From assembly GCA_001782045.1 (NCBI GenBank), contig MFNK01000003.1, positions 101,905 to 165,904 on the forward strand: a stretch of 64,000 bases of DNA, read 5' to 3'. The notes beneath the pieces were generated by a model, which had not been told where the DNA came from, searched no databases, and saw nothing but the letters and a program-made list of their open reading frames with translations. This stretch comes from Candidatus Levybacteria bacterium RIFCSPHIGHO2_01_FULL_36_15b. GTDB lineage: Bacteria > Patescibacteriota > Microgenomatia > Levybacterales > UBA12049. This document shows positions 1 through 9,118 of this stretch, in pieces. Position 1 is the stretch's first letter. The number at the start of each line of letters is the position of its first letter. The translations under genes and the position numbers were made by a program.

Positions 1-10
1 TATAACAAAA

Positions 11-502
11 TTAAGAAAAATGAGTGGGTCTGCTGGTTGGCATCTGAAATGTGTGCGTAACCCTTCCTTGGGTTTTATCGACGTTTTTCAGCTTTTTTCT
101 ATATTCTAAAAGATCTTTTCTTGTCTTTACACCTGCTTCGAGCATATTAAAAAGAACCTGGTATCCCGTTTCCATGGTTGCTTTTGATGTATTTCTTGAG
201 CCCTTTTGAAGTATAACCTGTGCTTGTTTTTTAATTACACCCCATTGTTCTAACCATCTTGTCCGATTCCATTTTCCGTTACAATTGGAAATAGTATACG
301 CTCCCATTAAGCTTAACGCCTGTATTGCATTATTTTGTTTTTTTTCTTTGAAATTTCTAAAAGTTGCATAACTATTCAATGCTTCTTGGCTCATTTGTTG
401 AAGACTTTCAGGCTGAATATCTTTTAAGGGAACAAGACAGCTTCTGCTTACTTCTCCCACGTATTTAAATGGAGTTGATATTTTCTCTTTCACGAATTGC
501 AA
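11..502 (-). CDS. hypothetical protein
   Basis: 163-aa ORF with TTG start and a -10-like TAATAT just upstream; no recognisable motif. Confidence 0.55.
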   Translation of the reverse strand: MQFVKEKISTPFKYVGEVSRSCLVPLKDIQPESLQQMSQEALNSYATFRNFKEKKQNNAIQALSLMGAYTISNCNGKWNRTRWLEQWGVIKKQAQVILQKGSRNTSKATMETGYQVLFNMLEAGVKTRKDLLEYRKKLKNVDKTQGRVTHTFQMPTSRPTHFS

Positions 503-572
503 TTATATTACTTTTACGATCTAAATCCAAGACTAGTTGATTTTTAATCCTATTGATGTATAATTCAAAGCC

Positions 573-1028
573 GTGATTAATATAGAGCGACAAACAGACG
601 GAATTCAACATGAAGCTGAGTTTAGCAGAAAGCTAAGCTTATTGTTTGGTCACATAAAAGAGGAAGCAAAAAACGGCCTAAAAAATTATGGCCAATTCTA
701 TCCTGGAGAAGTTGGAAGTCCGACTTTTAGATACGAATTCGACGAAGATACAAATGAGGCGGTTTTTGAAATAGAACAGAATGATTCGTTCTTTGCAGAA
801 GTAAGAAGGTATTTTATAAGTGATACCTCTATAAGAAAAGAAGGACACAGAGATGGTCCCGGAAGGTTTATTAAATATACAAAAGAAGAATATGATCTGG
901 AAGAGGGCGAGTTCAAAGCAGAACCTCTACAAGTAGGTTTACGCGAGTTAGACATATTGGCCAAATTAGTTCTTTCGCCTCTGGAAAATTATCAAGAGCT
1001 TGAATCACTTCGTCATTTGCCTTATTAA
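573..1028 (+). CDS. hypothetical protein
   Basis: 151-aa acidic ORF; TATAAT at 559-564 lies 8 nt before the GTG. Confidence 0.65.
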   Translation: MINIERQTDGIQHEAEFSRKLSLLFGHIKEEAKNGLKNYGQFYPGEVGSPTFRYEFDEDTNEAVFEIEQNDSFFAEVRRYFISDTSIRKEGHRDGPGRFIKYTKEEYDLEEGEFKAEPLQVGLRELDILAKLVLSPLENYQELESLRHLPY

Positions 1029-1672
1029 AGCTCCAAAAATAAATTTTCTAATCCAAGGCGCAAGTTTACATTAGATTGTTTTATTTCCTTATAATATTGG
1101 TTTAAAACCTCAATCATTTTTTTATACTCCCCTGTTTCTTTCCCAGCTACCATTTTTTCTCTTATAAAAACTATAAACTTTTCTAAAAAGACTAGAGCAT
1201 CGTTTTTTTCTTTAGAAAAATCTTGTGCAAGTTTTAGCCTAAAACCTACATCGTTCATCCTTAAATTCTCAAGTATTTCAGAATAGTTTTTTTCATCGTC
1301 TTTTGTAATTTCTACTCCCCTATCCAGCTCTACTAATTTTGCTCTGGAGTTAATTGTTGGAAGAAAAGAGTTTTCAGAAGCCAGAATAAAAATATAAGTA
1401 GAAAGGGGCGGCTCTTCCAAAATTTTTAGAAATGCATTTTGAGCCTCTGTTGTTGCACCCAAAAATGCCTCTACTACTACTATTTTTTTGTCTCCTTTTA
1501 TGGGCTTTAAAAAAATTTTTGAAGACAAGTTTTTTACATCCGCAATGCCTAATGCTTTTTCGGTTTCCAGAGTATAAATATCAAAATCCGTAACCTTTTC
1601 TTTTTTCGCAAAATCTAAAACGTATTCTTTTGCCTTACCTTTGTCTTTGGAAATTATCAAAAAACTTTGCAT
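1025..1672 (-). CDS. holB: DNA polymerase III delta-prime subunit-like protein (short form)
   Basis: EAQNAFLKILEEPP and LPTINSR clamp-loader motifs. Confidence 0.8.
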   Translation of the reverse strand: MQSFLIISKDKGKAKEYVLDFAKKEKVTDFDIYTLETEKALGIADVKNLSSKIFLKPIKGDKKIVVVEAFLGATTEAQNAFLKILEEPPLSTYIFILASENSFLPTINSRAKLVELDRGVEITKDDEKNYSEILENLRMNDVGFRLKLAQDFSKEKNDALVFLEKFIVFIREKMVAGKETGEYKKMIEVLNQYYKEIKQSNVNLRLGLENLFLEL

Positions 1673-3477
1673 TACTTAAAATGGGCGATTATCACAGTTC
1701 TGTCGTCAGTATAACTTTCTAAGGTGGAGCCTTTTGTAGATGGGAATTCTCCTATTTTATCAGGATCAACTTCTTCCACATATCTAAACGCTTCTTCCCA
1801 AGATTCTATTGTGGGCTTGTCTGCAATTTTAAAATAACCATCGGAAAATACTTCAAGAAGTCCAACGTCTTTCAGGTCATAAGTAAAAGTTCTCACAAAT
1901 TGTTCCGGGACTTTCCTTCCATCCATTGCTCCAAAGCCTAATTCTTCTTGAGGATTATTCTGCAGTCTTGCTACCTGATTGTTTAATACATCAACTATCT
2001 CTTCTCTACCCTGTTTTAAAAGTTCGTCGCGTTCAATATCTGGATTTTCGGATTTGATTCTTTCAATGGTTTCTTTTCTTTTTTTAGAATTAATATTGTC
2101 TACCTCTTTAGAATCTTGGTGTACAGCCAATCTGTTGATTCTAAAACTTACATCCCCAACTTGTGTAATTACTATTTTATCTTCAATAATTTTTGCTGCT
2201 ACGAACGAGGAAGTAGGCCGTGCTTCTGGAGAGTTTTCAATAGAAGAGAAATAGCCGTCAGACGTAAAAGACCTTTCCATATATCGGCTTACAAAATCTA
2301 CTAATTCTTGCCCTGTCAAGTTCTTAGCTTCGGCGCTAGTAAGTGCTTCTGAGACAAGCTTTGCCGCATATTGTCCCCCCGACTCCTGTCCAAATGATAA
2401 GTTTCCTTTTGGCGTAGCACCATCTATAACAGCAATCAAATAATCTTTTGCAAGCCACATGTCCTCATTCTTAGATGGATCGTTTTTTGCTTTTCCTTTC
2501 GAAAGAGCTTCAACGTTAAATTTTTCAAATTCCCTTTTTTCTATATCACCTCTTTCCCCCAAATTCGAAATTCTTTCAGAGGCTCTTTTATTCAATTTAG
2601 CAAGCTGTTCGCTATCCAGGGTTTTATATTTTTCTTCTCTTTTTTCTAACCTCTCATTTATCCACCTGAACCACTCTTCCCCAAATTTTTCTCTTCCGTA
2701 TAAGGCCAGCGCCGAGGCTCCACTTGGGCTAGGTGAAAAAGCCCACCATAGTATTGCATGTTCGATATCCTCTTTTGTGTCAGGTATAAACTTAATATTT
2801 ATTTCTCTATCCGTTGCCCGCGATCTGATTTGATCTGCCGAAAGATTTGTCTCTGCAAAAAATATCATGCTTGGATTATTTGCTGCCTTGTTATATATAA
2901 TTCCTGAGGCCTTAATATCTGTCAGTTCATTAGTTTCAATTCCAGCCTCTTCCGTCAGTTCCCTTTTTACTGTAGCAAAGGGATCCCAATTGTCCTCTCC
3001 TCTTAAATCAGTTGAAAAATTTGGTTGACCACCTGGTACGCTTAACGCTCCTGGTTTTGTTGCCGCATCTAAGCCGCGTTGCGCGACAATCAACTGTCCA
3101 TCAGCTGTCTTAACTAATACATTAGTCCCTAAAACTCTTGGGGCATACTCTGCGTATCTTGCTCTTAAGTCTTTGTTTTGCATGGCTATATGATCTTTAT
3201 ATGAAGAAGAGGCGAGCTCTATATTTAATTTACCGTCGACCACGTTTACGCCTTTTAAGGATAATTGTGGTTCGGCTTTCAGTGGTGTTTTGCCTTCCGA
3301 AACCCTTTTGCTATTTGTTTCTTCCCAAATACTTTCAGTTTCCTCTATTAATTCTTTAGGTTTGGTTGTATTGAGACTTAATCTGGCTGAAATATCCCCT
3401 TCACCAAATTTGCCTGATGCAAGAATATCAAAGTAAGGATTTGAAATCTCTATTTCTCCGCTTTCAACAGCTTCCAT
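1672..3477 (-). CDS. NUDIX hydrolase fused to a PP2C-like phosphatase domain
   Basis: Nudix box PGG...KRELTEEAGI in the N-half; NED, VIDGAT, VGD, FSDG and DDRT metal-binding motifs in the C-half. Confidence 0.7.
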   Translation of the reverse strand: MEAVESGEIEISNPYFDILASGKFGEGDISARLSLNTTKPKELIEETESIWEETNSKRVSEGKTPLKAEPQLSLKGVNVVDGKLNIELASSSYKDHIAMQNKDLRARYAEYAPRVLGTNVLVKTADGQLIVAQRGLDAATKPGALSVPGGQPNFSTDLRGEDNWDPFATVKRELTEEAGIETNELTDIKASGIIYNKAANNPSMIFFAETNLSADQIRSRATDREINIKFIPDTKEDIEHAILWWAFSPSPSGASALALYGREKFGEEWFRWINERLEKREEKYKTLDSEQLAKLNKRASERISNLGERGDIEKREFEKFNVEALSKGKAKNDPSKNEDMWLAKDYLIAVIDGATPKGNLSFGQESGGQYAAKLVSEALTSAEAKNLTGQELVDFVSRYMERSFTSDGYFSSIENSPEARPTSSFVAAKIIEDKIVITQVGDVSFRINRLAVHQDSKEVDNINSKKRKETIERIKSENPDIERDELLKQGREEIVDVLNNQVARLQNNPQEELGFGAMDGRKVPEQFVRTFTYDLKDVGLLEVFSDGYFKIADKPTIESWEEAFRYVEEVDPDKIGEFPSTKGSTLESYTDDRTVIIAHFK

Positions 3478-3518
3478 AATGTTGACATTATATCGTAAAT
3501 TCCCCTACTATTATAGTA

Positions 3519-5270
3519 ATGCCCGATGTTCAAGCAGTACCTGCTGATTTAACACAAGACGTTAATACATTTACTTCGCAATCTCTTGCTGATGTTTTAT
3601 TTGCCCAAAAGTTAATTTCTCAAACTCAATACGACGATATTAAGGTAAAAAGCGCAAGCAAGGGTGTTTCGGAAGACACCATGATTGAATCCATGGAGAT
3701 TGTGCCCGAGGATAAACTTTATCAGGCAAAAGCGCTAATTTTGGGCATCCCTTATGTTGATATTGAAAACGCTTCTTTTTCGCCGGAAGCTTTAGGAAAA
3801 GTGCCAAGAGCTGTAGCAGAGAGGTTTAGCTTAATTCCCTTTGCATATGACGATAAAGATAAAACATTATCTGTTGCTATGGCAAACCCGGTAGACTTGG
3901 AAGCTGCAACTTTTGTAAGAGAAAAAACAGACCTACCTATTAAGACTTTTGCAGCAACGCCAACAGACGTAGCGCGCGCAATTGGCCAGCAGTATAGACA
4001 GGAATTGGTTGGAGAGGTAGGAGAAGCGATAAAAGAAACCCAAAATCTGACTGCAATAAAGACAATCGACTCGGAACAAATAGCGCAAATTATAAAAGAA
4101 GCGCCAATTGCAAAAATCGTATCGACAATTTTAGAGTATGCGGTAACCAGTAGGGCTTCCGATATCCATATAGAGCCGCAGGAAGACAGAGTTAGAGTAA
4201 GGTACAGAATAGACGGAATTTTGTATGACAGACTTTCTTTACCAAAAGCGGTACAGGAAGCGGTAATATCAAGAATTAAAATTTTGTCTGAGATGAAAAT
4301 AGACGAACATAGAAGTCCACAAGACGGAAGATTTAATTTTAAAGTAGAAGACAAAGAGGTAGATCTTAGAATTAGCGTTTTGCCTACTACTTTTGGCGAA
4401 AAAATCGTAATGAGACTACTTCGAAAAAGCGGAGGAATTCCAACGCTTGAGGAATTAGGTGTTTCAGGGCCAACTAAAAAAACGCTTGAGAATGCAATAC
4501 TAAGACCACACGGAATAATTATTGTTTGCGGACCTACAGGAAGCGGAAAAACTACCACTTTATACTCTGTTTTGTCAAAGCTTAATACGCCAAAAGTTAA
4601 TATTTCAACACTTGAGGATCCTGTTGAATATCAAATTGCAGGAATTAACCAGGTTCAGGTAAATCCTGGAGTTGGCCTTACTTTTGCCGAAGGACTAAGG
4701 TCTTTTTTAAGACAAGACCCAAATATTATATTGGTAGGAGAAATTAGAGATCAGGAAACAACAGAACTTGCTATTCAGGCTGCACTAACAGGCCATTTGG
4801 TATTTTCTACTCTTCATACTTCAAGCGCTGCAGGTGCGTTGCCTAGGCTTTTAGATTTAAAAGCAGAAACCTTTTTACTTGCGTCCACTATGAATGCGGT
4901 ATTGGCGCAAAGAATTGTTAGAAAAGTATGTCAAACCTGCAAAACTGAATACGACCCCCCAGCCGAAATGGTTGAAGAAATGAAAACTGTTTTAGGGAAG
5001 TATTTTCCAAAGGAAAAAACTGCTAAGCTATATAAAGGTAAGGGTTGTGACGAATGCGGAGGAACCGGGTATGTCGGAAGAATCGGAATATTTGAAGCAG
5101 TAAATATAACCGAGAAAATTGGAGGTCTTATTTTGCAGCATGCAGATAGCGGAACAATTGAAAAAGAAGCAATTGAAGAAGGAATGATTACAATGAAACA
5201 AGATGGATATCTTAAGGTATTACAGGGATTAACAACAATAGAAGAGGTGTTAAGAGTAGCACAGGAATAA
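3519..5270 (+). CDS. pilB: type IV pilus assembly ATPase PilB/GspE family
   Basis: ASDIHIEP, Walker A GPTGSGKTT, LRQDPNIILVGEIRD, two CxxC motifs. Confidence 0.95.
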   Translation: MPDVQAVPADLTQDVNTFTSQSLADVLFAQKLISQTQYDDIKVKSASKGVSEDTMIESMEIVPEDKLYQAKALILGIPYVDIENASFSPEALGKVPRAVAERFSLIPFAYDDKDKTLSVAMANPVDLEAATFVREKTDLPIKTFAATPTDVARAIGQQYRQELVGEVGEAIKETQNLTAIKTIDSEQIAQIIKEAPIAKIVSTILEYAVTSRASDIHIEPQEDRVRVRYRIDGILYDRLSLPKAVQEAVISRIKILSEMKIDEHRSPQDGRFNFKVEDKEVDLRISVLPTTFGEKIVMRLLRKSGGIPTLEELGVSGPTKKTLENAILRPHGIIIVCGPTGSGKTTTLYSVLSKLNTPKVNISTLEDPVEYQIAGINQVQVNPGVGLTFAEGLRSFLRQDPNIILVGEIRDQETTELAIQAALTGHLVFSTLHTSSAAGALPRLLDLKAETFLLASTMNAVLAQRIVRKVCQTCKTEYDPPAEMVEEMKTVLGKYFPKEKTAKLYKGKGCDECGGTGYVGRIGIFEAVNITEKIGGLILQHADSGTIEKEAIEEGMITMKQDGYLKVLQGLTTIEEVLRVAQE

Positions 5271-5271
5271 T

Positions 5272-6339
5272 ATGGAATTAGGACAGCTTTTAGATCAGAC
5301 AATTAAAAACAAGGCGTCGGACTTGCATCTTCTTGCAGGAATCCCGCCTACTATTAGAATTGACGGAGTTTTAAGGCCGCTTCAAAATTATCCGGCGCTT
5401 ACAAAAGAACAAATAGAAGAAATGGCATTCTCGGTACTTAAGCCCGAGCAAAAAGAACTTTTAATTCACAATAAAGAACTTGATTTTTCATTTGGTTTTG
5501 GAGGCGGGGCTTATGGAGATTTAGGAAGATTTAGAGCAAATCTTTATTATCAAAGAGGCGTTTTGGCCGGTGCATTTAGATTTTTGGAGCCTACTATTAG
5601 AACGCTTGAAGAGCTTAAAATTCCAAAAACTGCACATACTTTCGCAAATCTAAAACAAGGATTTGTTTTGGTAACGGGTCCAACAGGACACGGAAAATCT
5701 ACTACTTTAGCAGCCATAATTAACGAAATAAATGTAAATAAAGCAGCTCACATACTTACAATTGAGGATCCTATTGAATATGTTTATCCCAAGGGTAAAA
5801 GCATTATTTCTCAGCGTGAAATGGAAATTGATACTCTTTCATGGAATTTATCTCTTCGAAGCGCCTTGCGTGAAGATCCGGATGTCGTACTGGTTGGAGA
5901 AATGAGAGATTCGGAAACCATGGCAGCTGCATTAACAATTGCAGAAACAGGCCATTTGGTATTCTCTACCCTTCATACTAATTCTGCTGCACAATCAATA
6001 GATAGAATCATAGATACTTTCCCTGCTACCCAGCAAACCCAGATAAAGGTTCAGCTTGCTGCAACATTAAAAGGCATTATTTCACAAAGATTAATCCCTA
6101 TGATAGATGGAGGACGAGTTCCGGCTGTTGAGATTTTAATTGGAAATAATGCGGTGGCATCCAATATTAGAGAAGGAAAAACCCACTTGATAGATTCAAT
6201 TATTCAGACTTCGCAGCAGCAAGGAATGGTAACCCTTGAGTCTTCCCTTGCTTCTTTGGTTTTATCGGGTGCAATAAGCTTGGAAACTGCAAAATCTTAT
6301 GCTCTGCGGCCGGAAGAGCTTTTGAGACAGACTGGTTAA
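5272..6339 (+). CDS. pilT: type IV pilus retraction ATPase
   Basis: ASDLHL, GPTGHGKSTT, ALREDPDVVLVGEMRD, NIREGK motif. Confidence 0.93.
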   Translation: MELGQLLDQTIKNKASDLHLLAGIPPTIRIDGVLRPLQNYPALTKEQIEEMAFSVLKPEQKELLIHNKELDFSFGFGGGAYGDLGRFRANLYYQRGVLAGAFRFLEPTIRTLEELKIPKTAHTFANLKQGFVLVTGPTGHGKSTTLAAIINEINVNKAAHILTIEDPIEYVYPKGKSIISQREMEIDTLSWNLSLRSALREDPDVVLVGEMRDSETMAAALTIAETGHLVFSTLHTNSAAQSIDRIIDTFPATQQTQIKVQLAATLKGIISQRLIPMIDGGRVPAVEILIGNNAVASNIREGKTHLIDSIIQTSQQQGMVTLESSLASLVLSGAISLETAKSYALRPEELLRQTG

Positions 6340-6346
6340 TTATGAG

Positions 6347-6469
6347 TCCCGTTAGAGACCGCTTAAGATGAAAAAATTAATTATAGAGTTCAAGAATTCA
6401 ATAAACCGCTTTAATTTAAGAAAGGAGATTTACGCAAGCGTTTTGAAACGCTCGCTGTTTCTAACGGGA
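6347..6469. mobile_element. MITE-like element with 13-bp terminal inverted repeats and a TGAG direct repeat
   Basis: TCCCGTTAGAGAC (6347-6359) and GTTTCTAACGGGA (6457-6469), one mismatch; TGAG at 6343-6346 and 6470-6473. Confidence 0.6.
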
Positions 6470-7671
6470 TGAGATTGCGATATAAAGCTGCAACAAAAGA
6501 TGGCAAAGTTACACAGGGGTTACTCGAAGCAAAAGATATAACATCAGCCGCTTCCTATCTTCGGGGAAAAGAACTTCTTCCAATTTCCATAACTGAAGTT
6601 GAAAACAGAATTACAAATTACATCCCCTTTTTAAATCGAGTAAAAACTCAAGATTTAATATTATTTACAAGACAAATGTCGTCTATGTTATCCAGCGGCC
6701 TTACACTTCTTCGTGCCCTTGAGATTTTAAAAGAACAAATACAAAATGCTGCAATGACGGAAGTTGTTAATTCTATAATAAATGACGTTTCAGAGGGAAG
6801 AACTTTTTCTCAAGCAATGGAAAAACATTCAAGGGTTTTTACTCCTATTTACGTTTCTATAATTCAAGCAGGAGAAAATTCAGGTTTGCTTGATAAGGTT
6901 TTATCGCGCTTGGCAGATAATTTGGAAAAGCAGGCAAAATTAAAATCTACTATTAAAGGCGCCTTAATGTATCCTGTTATAGTTATACTTTTAATGGTTG
7001 TAGTTATGGTAGTAATGTTAATTTTTGTTATCCCGCAGTTAACAACTCTTTATGCAAATTTAAATATTGAACTTCCGCTTCCAACACAAATACTTTTGAC
7101 AACGTCTAAACTGTTTGCAATTTTTTGGCCGGTAATCTTAGTTATAGTAATAGTATGTTTTGTAGGATATCGTAAGTGGGTAGCGACAGCGGGGGGAAGA
7201 CTAATAGTAGATAATATAATTTTAAAACTTCCAATTTTTGGCGAACTTATTAGAAAAACTATATTGGCAGAATTTGCAAGAACCTTCGGGCTTTTGGTCG
7301 GAACCGGTACCTTGGTGGTTGAAGCTTTAAACGAAACAGCTAATATTGCAGGAAATGTTCATTACAAAAATGCAATTGTTGCGGTTGGTAATCAGGTTGA
7401 AAAAGGAGTTAGCGTTGGTACATCTATGGCCTATTCCCCCCTATTTCCGCCTTTACTTGTGCAATTGGTAAAAATTGGAGAACAAACCGGAAAAATGGAT
7501 GAAAACTTATCTAAAGCATCTGAATATTTTGAAAGAGAGGTAGACCAGACAGTTAAAACCCTAACTACCGCAATGGAGCCTTTTATAATGATAGTGTTGG
7601 GAATAGGAGTTGCGTTTTTAATAATTTCGGTTATTACGCCGATATATAGCCTTATTTCCAGTATTCAATAA
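6469..7671 (+). CDS. pilC: type IV pilus platform protein PilC/GspF
   Basis: FTRQMSSMLSSG, AGENSGLLD and IGEQTGKMD repeats, three TM segments, position in the locus. Confidence 0.93.
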   Translation: MRLRYKAATKDGKVTQGLLEAKDITSAASYLRGKELLPISITEVENRITNYIPFLNRVKTQDLILFTRQMSSMLSSGLTLLRALEILKEQIQNAAMTEVVNSIINDVSEGRTFSQAMEKHSRVFTPIYVSIIQAGENSGLLDKVLSRLADNLEKQAKLKSTIKGALMYPVIVILLMVVVMVVMLIFVIPQLTTLYANLNIELPLPTQILLTTSKLFAIFWPVILVIVIVCFVGYRKWVATAGGRLIVDNIILKLPIFGELIRKTILAEFARTFGLLVGTGTLVVEALNETANIAGNVHYKNAIVAVGNQVEKGVSVGTSMAYSPLFPPLLVQLVKIGEQTGKMDENLSKASEYFEREVDQTVKTLTTAMEPFIMIVLGIGVAFLIISVITPIYSLISSIQ

Positions 7672-7685
7672 GTACATATTGGCTA

Positions 7686-7715
7686 TTGACAAGCAATTTT
7701 GTATATGATTATGAT
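7686..7715 (+). promoter_or_regulatory. sigma70-type promoter for the first pilin
   Basis: TTGACA 7686-7691, 18-bp spacer, TATGAT 7710-7715. Confidence 0.5.
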
Positions 7716-7725
7716 TAAAACATAC

Positions 7726-8286
7726 ATGAGAAAACTGCTCAATGTTTTTAAAGGAACAAAAGGTTTTACTCTCATCGAACTTTTAGTCGTCATCGGAATT
7801 TTAGGAATTTTGGCAGCAGCATTAATTGCAACTATTGATCCCTTCGAGCAGCTTAAAAAAGGGCGAGATACTACTACAAGAAACACTACTCTTGAATATT
7901 TAAATGCTCTTACTCGATATTATGCAACTCACGCAAAATTTCCTTGGGATAATGCTGTCGCAAATTGCAATGCTCCCACAACAGCAGTCCTTCTTTCAAC
8001 CATGAAAGATAATTGTACGGACGCATTAGAGGACGAAGGTGAGCTTAAGGTTGGATTTGGGGCAGCTGTAGACAGTTCCGGAGTCGATGATTTAATTAAA
8101 ATAAAAACAAGCGCTGCGGGTTCAGCGAATGTAACTCTCTGTTTCAGCCCAACAGCAAAATCTATAAAATCAGAAGATGCAACTAAATATGATAATAGTT
8201 GCTCAGGAGTAACTCCCCCAGGTTGTGCTACTTCAGCATTAAGATTAGCTGCTGCAGACGGGACTTGTTGGCAAGAATTTAAATAA
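7726..8286 (+). CDS. type IV pilin (candidate major pilin)
   Basis: class III signal KG-FTLIELLVV; own promoter; several Cys; start moved to ATG 7726. Confidence 0.85.
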   Translation: MRKLLNVFKGTKGFTLIELLVVIGILGILAAALIATIDPFEQLKKGRDTTTRNTTLEYLNALTRYYATHAKFPWDNAVANCNAPTTAVLLSTMKDNCTDALEDEGELKVGFGAAVDSSGVDDLIKIKTSAAGSANVTLCFSPTAKSIKSEDATKYDNSCSGVTPPGCATSALRLAAADGTCWQEFK

Positions 8287-8332
8287 ACCTCTTTACTTGA
8301 GTTTAAACTAATCCTTTGTTATTCTTCTTATA

Positions 8333-9118
8333 GTGTATTTATTTGCAGTAGCCCTTTTTATTATTGGATTGTTTATTGGTTCTTTTTTAGGCGTTTTGAT
8401 AGATAGACTTCCCAAGGGTAAATCTGTTTTAAAAGGAAGGTCTAAATGCGATTTTTGTAAGAAGGAATTAGCTTGGTACGAGTTAATTCCGGTTTTATCC
8501 TTTGTAATTCAAAATGGAAAATGCAGAAGTTGCCATAAAAAACTTTCATTATTCTACCTAACTATTGAGCTCTCAACGGGATTTTTATTCGCAGTAACGT
8601 ATCTATTATTAATTCATAATTCAGAATTCATAATTCAGAATTTGCTTTTCTATTTGCTTATCACATCAAGCTTGATTGTTGTGTTCTTTACGGATTTAAA
8701 ATACGGAATAATTCCCAATAAAATTATTTTCCCATCTGTCTTGGTTACGCTTTTGTGGCTCTTATTTAGCCAACAGCCAACAGCCATAAACCATCTGCTT
8801 TCTGCAATTGGTGCTTCTTTATTTTTAACTCTAATTTCATATATTTACTATTTAATTAGAAAAAAAGAAAGCATAGGAGGCGGAGATATTAAGTTTGCGT
8901 TTTTAATGGGACTTTTGCTTGGTTTTCCAAATATTATTCTTGCTTTTTATATAGCTTTCTTGACAGGCGCAGGATACTCTATCATACTAATTTTATGGGC
9001 AAGATTAAAGCTAAAAGATTCAATTCCATTCGGCCCATTTTTAGTATTAGGAACTTTTGCTTCTCTTTATTTCGGAAGAGAAATCTTATTCTTAATACTC
9101 CCCTACCTAGGCCTTTAG
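8333..9118 (+). CDS. pilD: prepilin peptidase
   Basis: GSFLGV, RSKCDFC and CRSC Zn motifs, GGGDIK, IPFGPFL. Confidence 0.93.
   Translation: MYLFAVALFIIGLFIGSFLGVLIDRLPKGKSVLKGRSKCDFCKKELAWYELIPVLSFVIQNGKCRSCHKKLSLFYLTIELSTGFLFAVTYLLLIHNSEFIIQNLLFYLLITSSLIVVFFTDLKYGIIPNKIIFPSVLVTLLWLLFSQQPTAINHLLSAIGASLFLTLISYIYYLIRKKESIGGGDIKFAFLMGLLLGFPNIILAFYIAFLTGAGYSIILILWARLKLKDSIPFGPFLVLGTFASLYFGREILFLILPYLGL
8611..8642 (+). repeat. heptamer tandem repeat AATTCA(T/G) x4.5 inside pilD
   Basis: aattcat aattcag aattcat aattcag aatt. Confidence 0.75.
8768..8794 (+). repeat. imperfect heptamer tandem repeat AGCCAAC inside pilD
   Basis: agccaac agccaac agccata aaccat. Confidence 0.6.

Noticed and set aside
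3752-4558. 268-aa antisense ORF and many other shadow ORFs in the track
   Set aside because: They lie opposite or inside well-supported genes and have no motifs.
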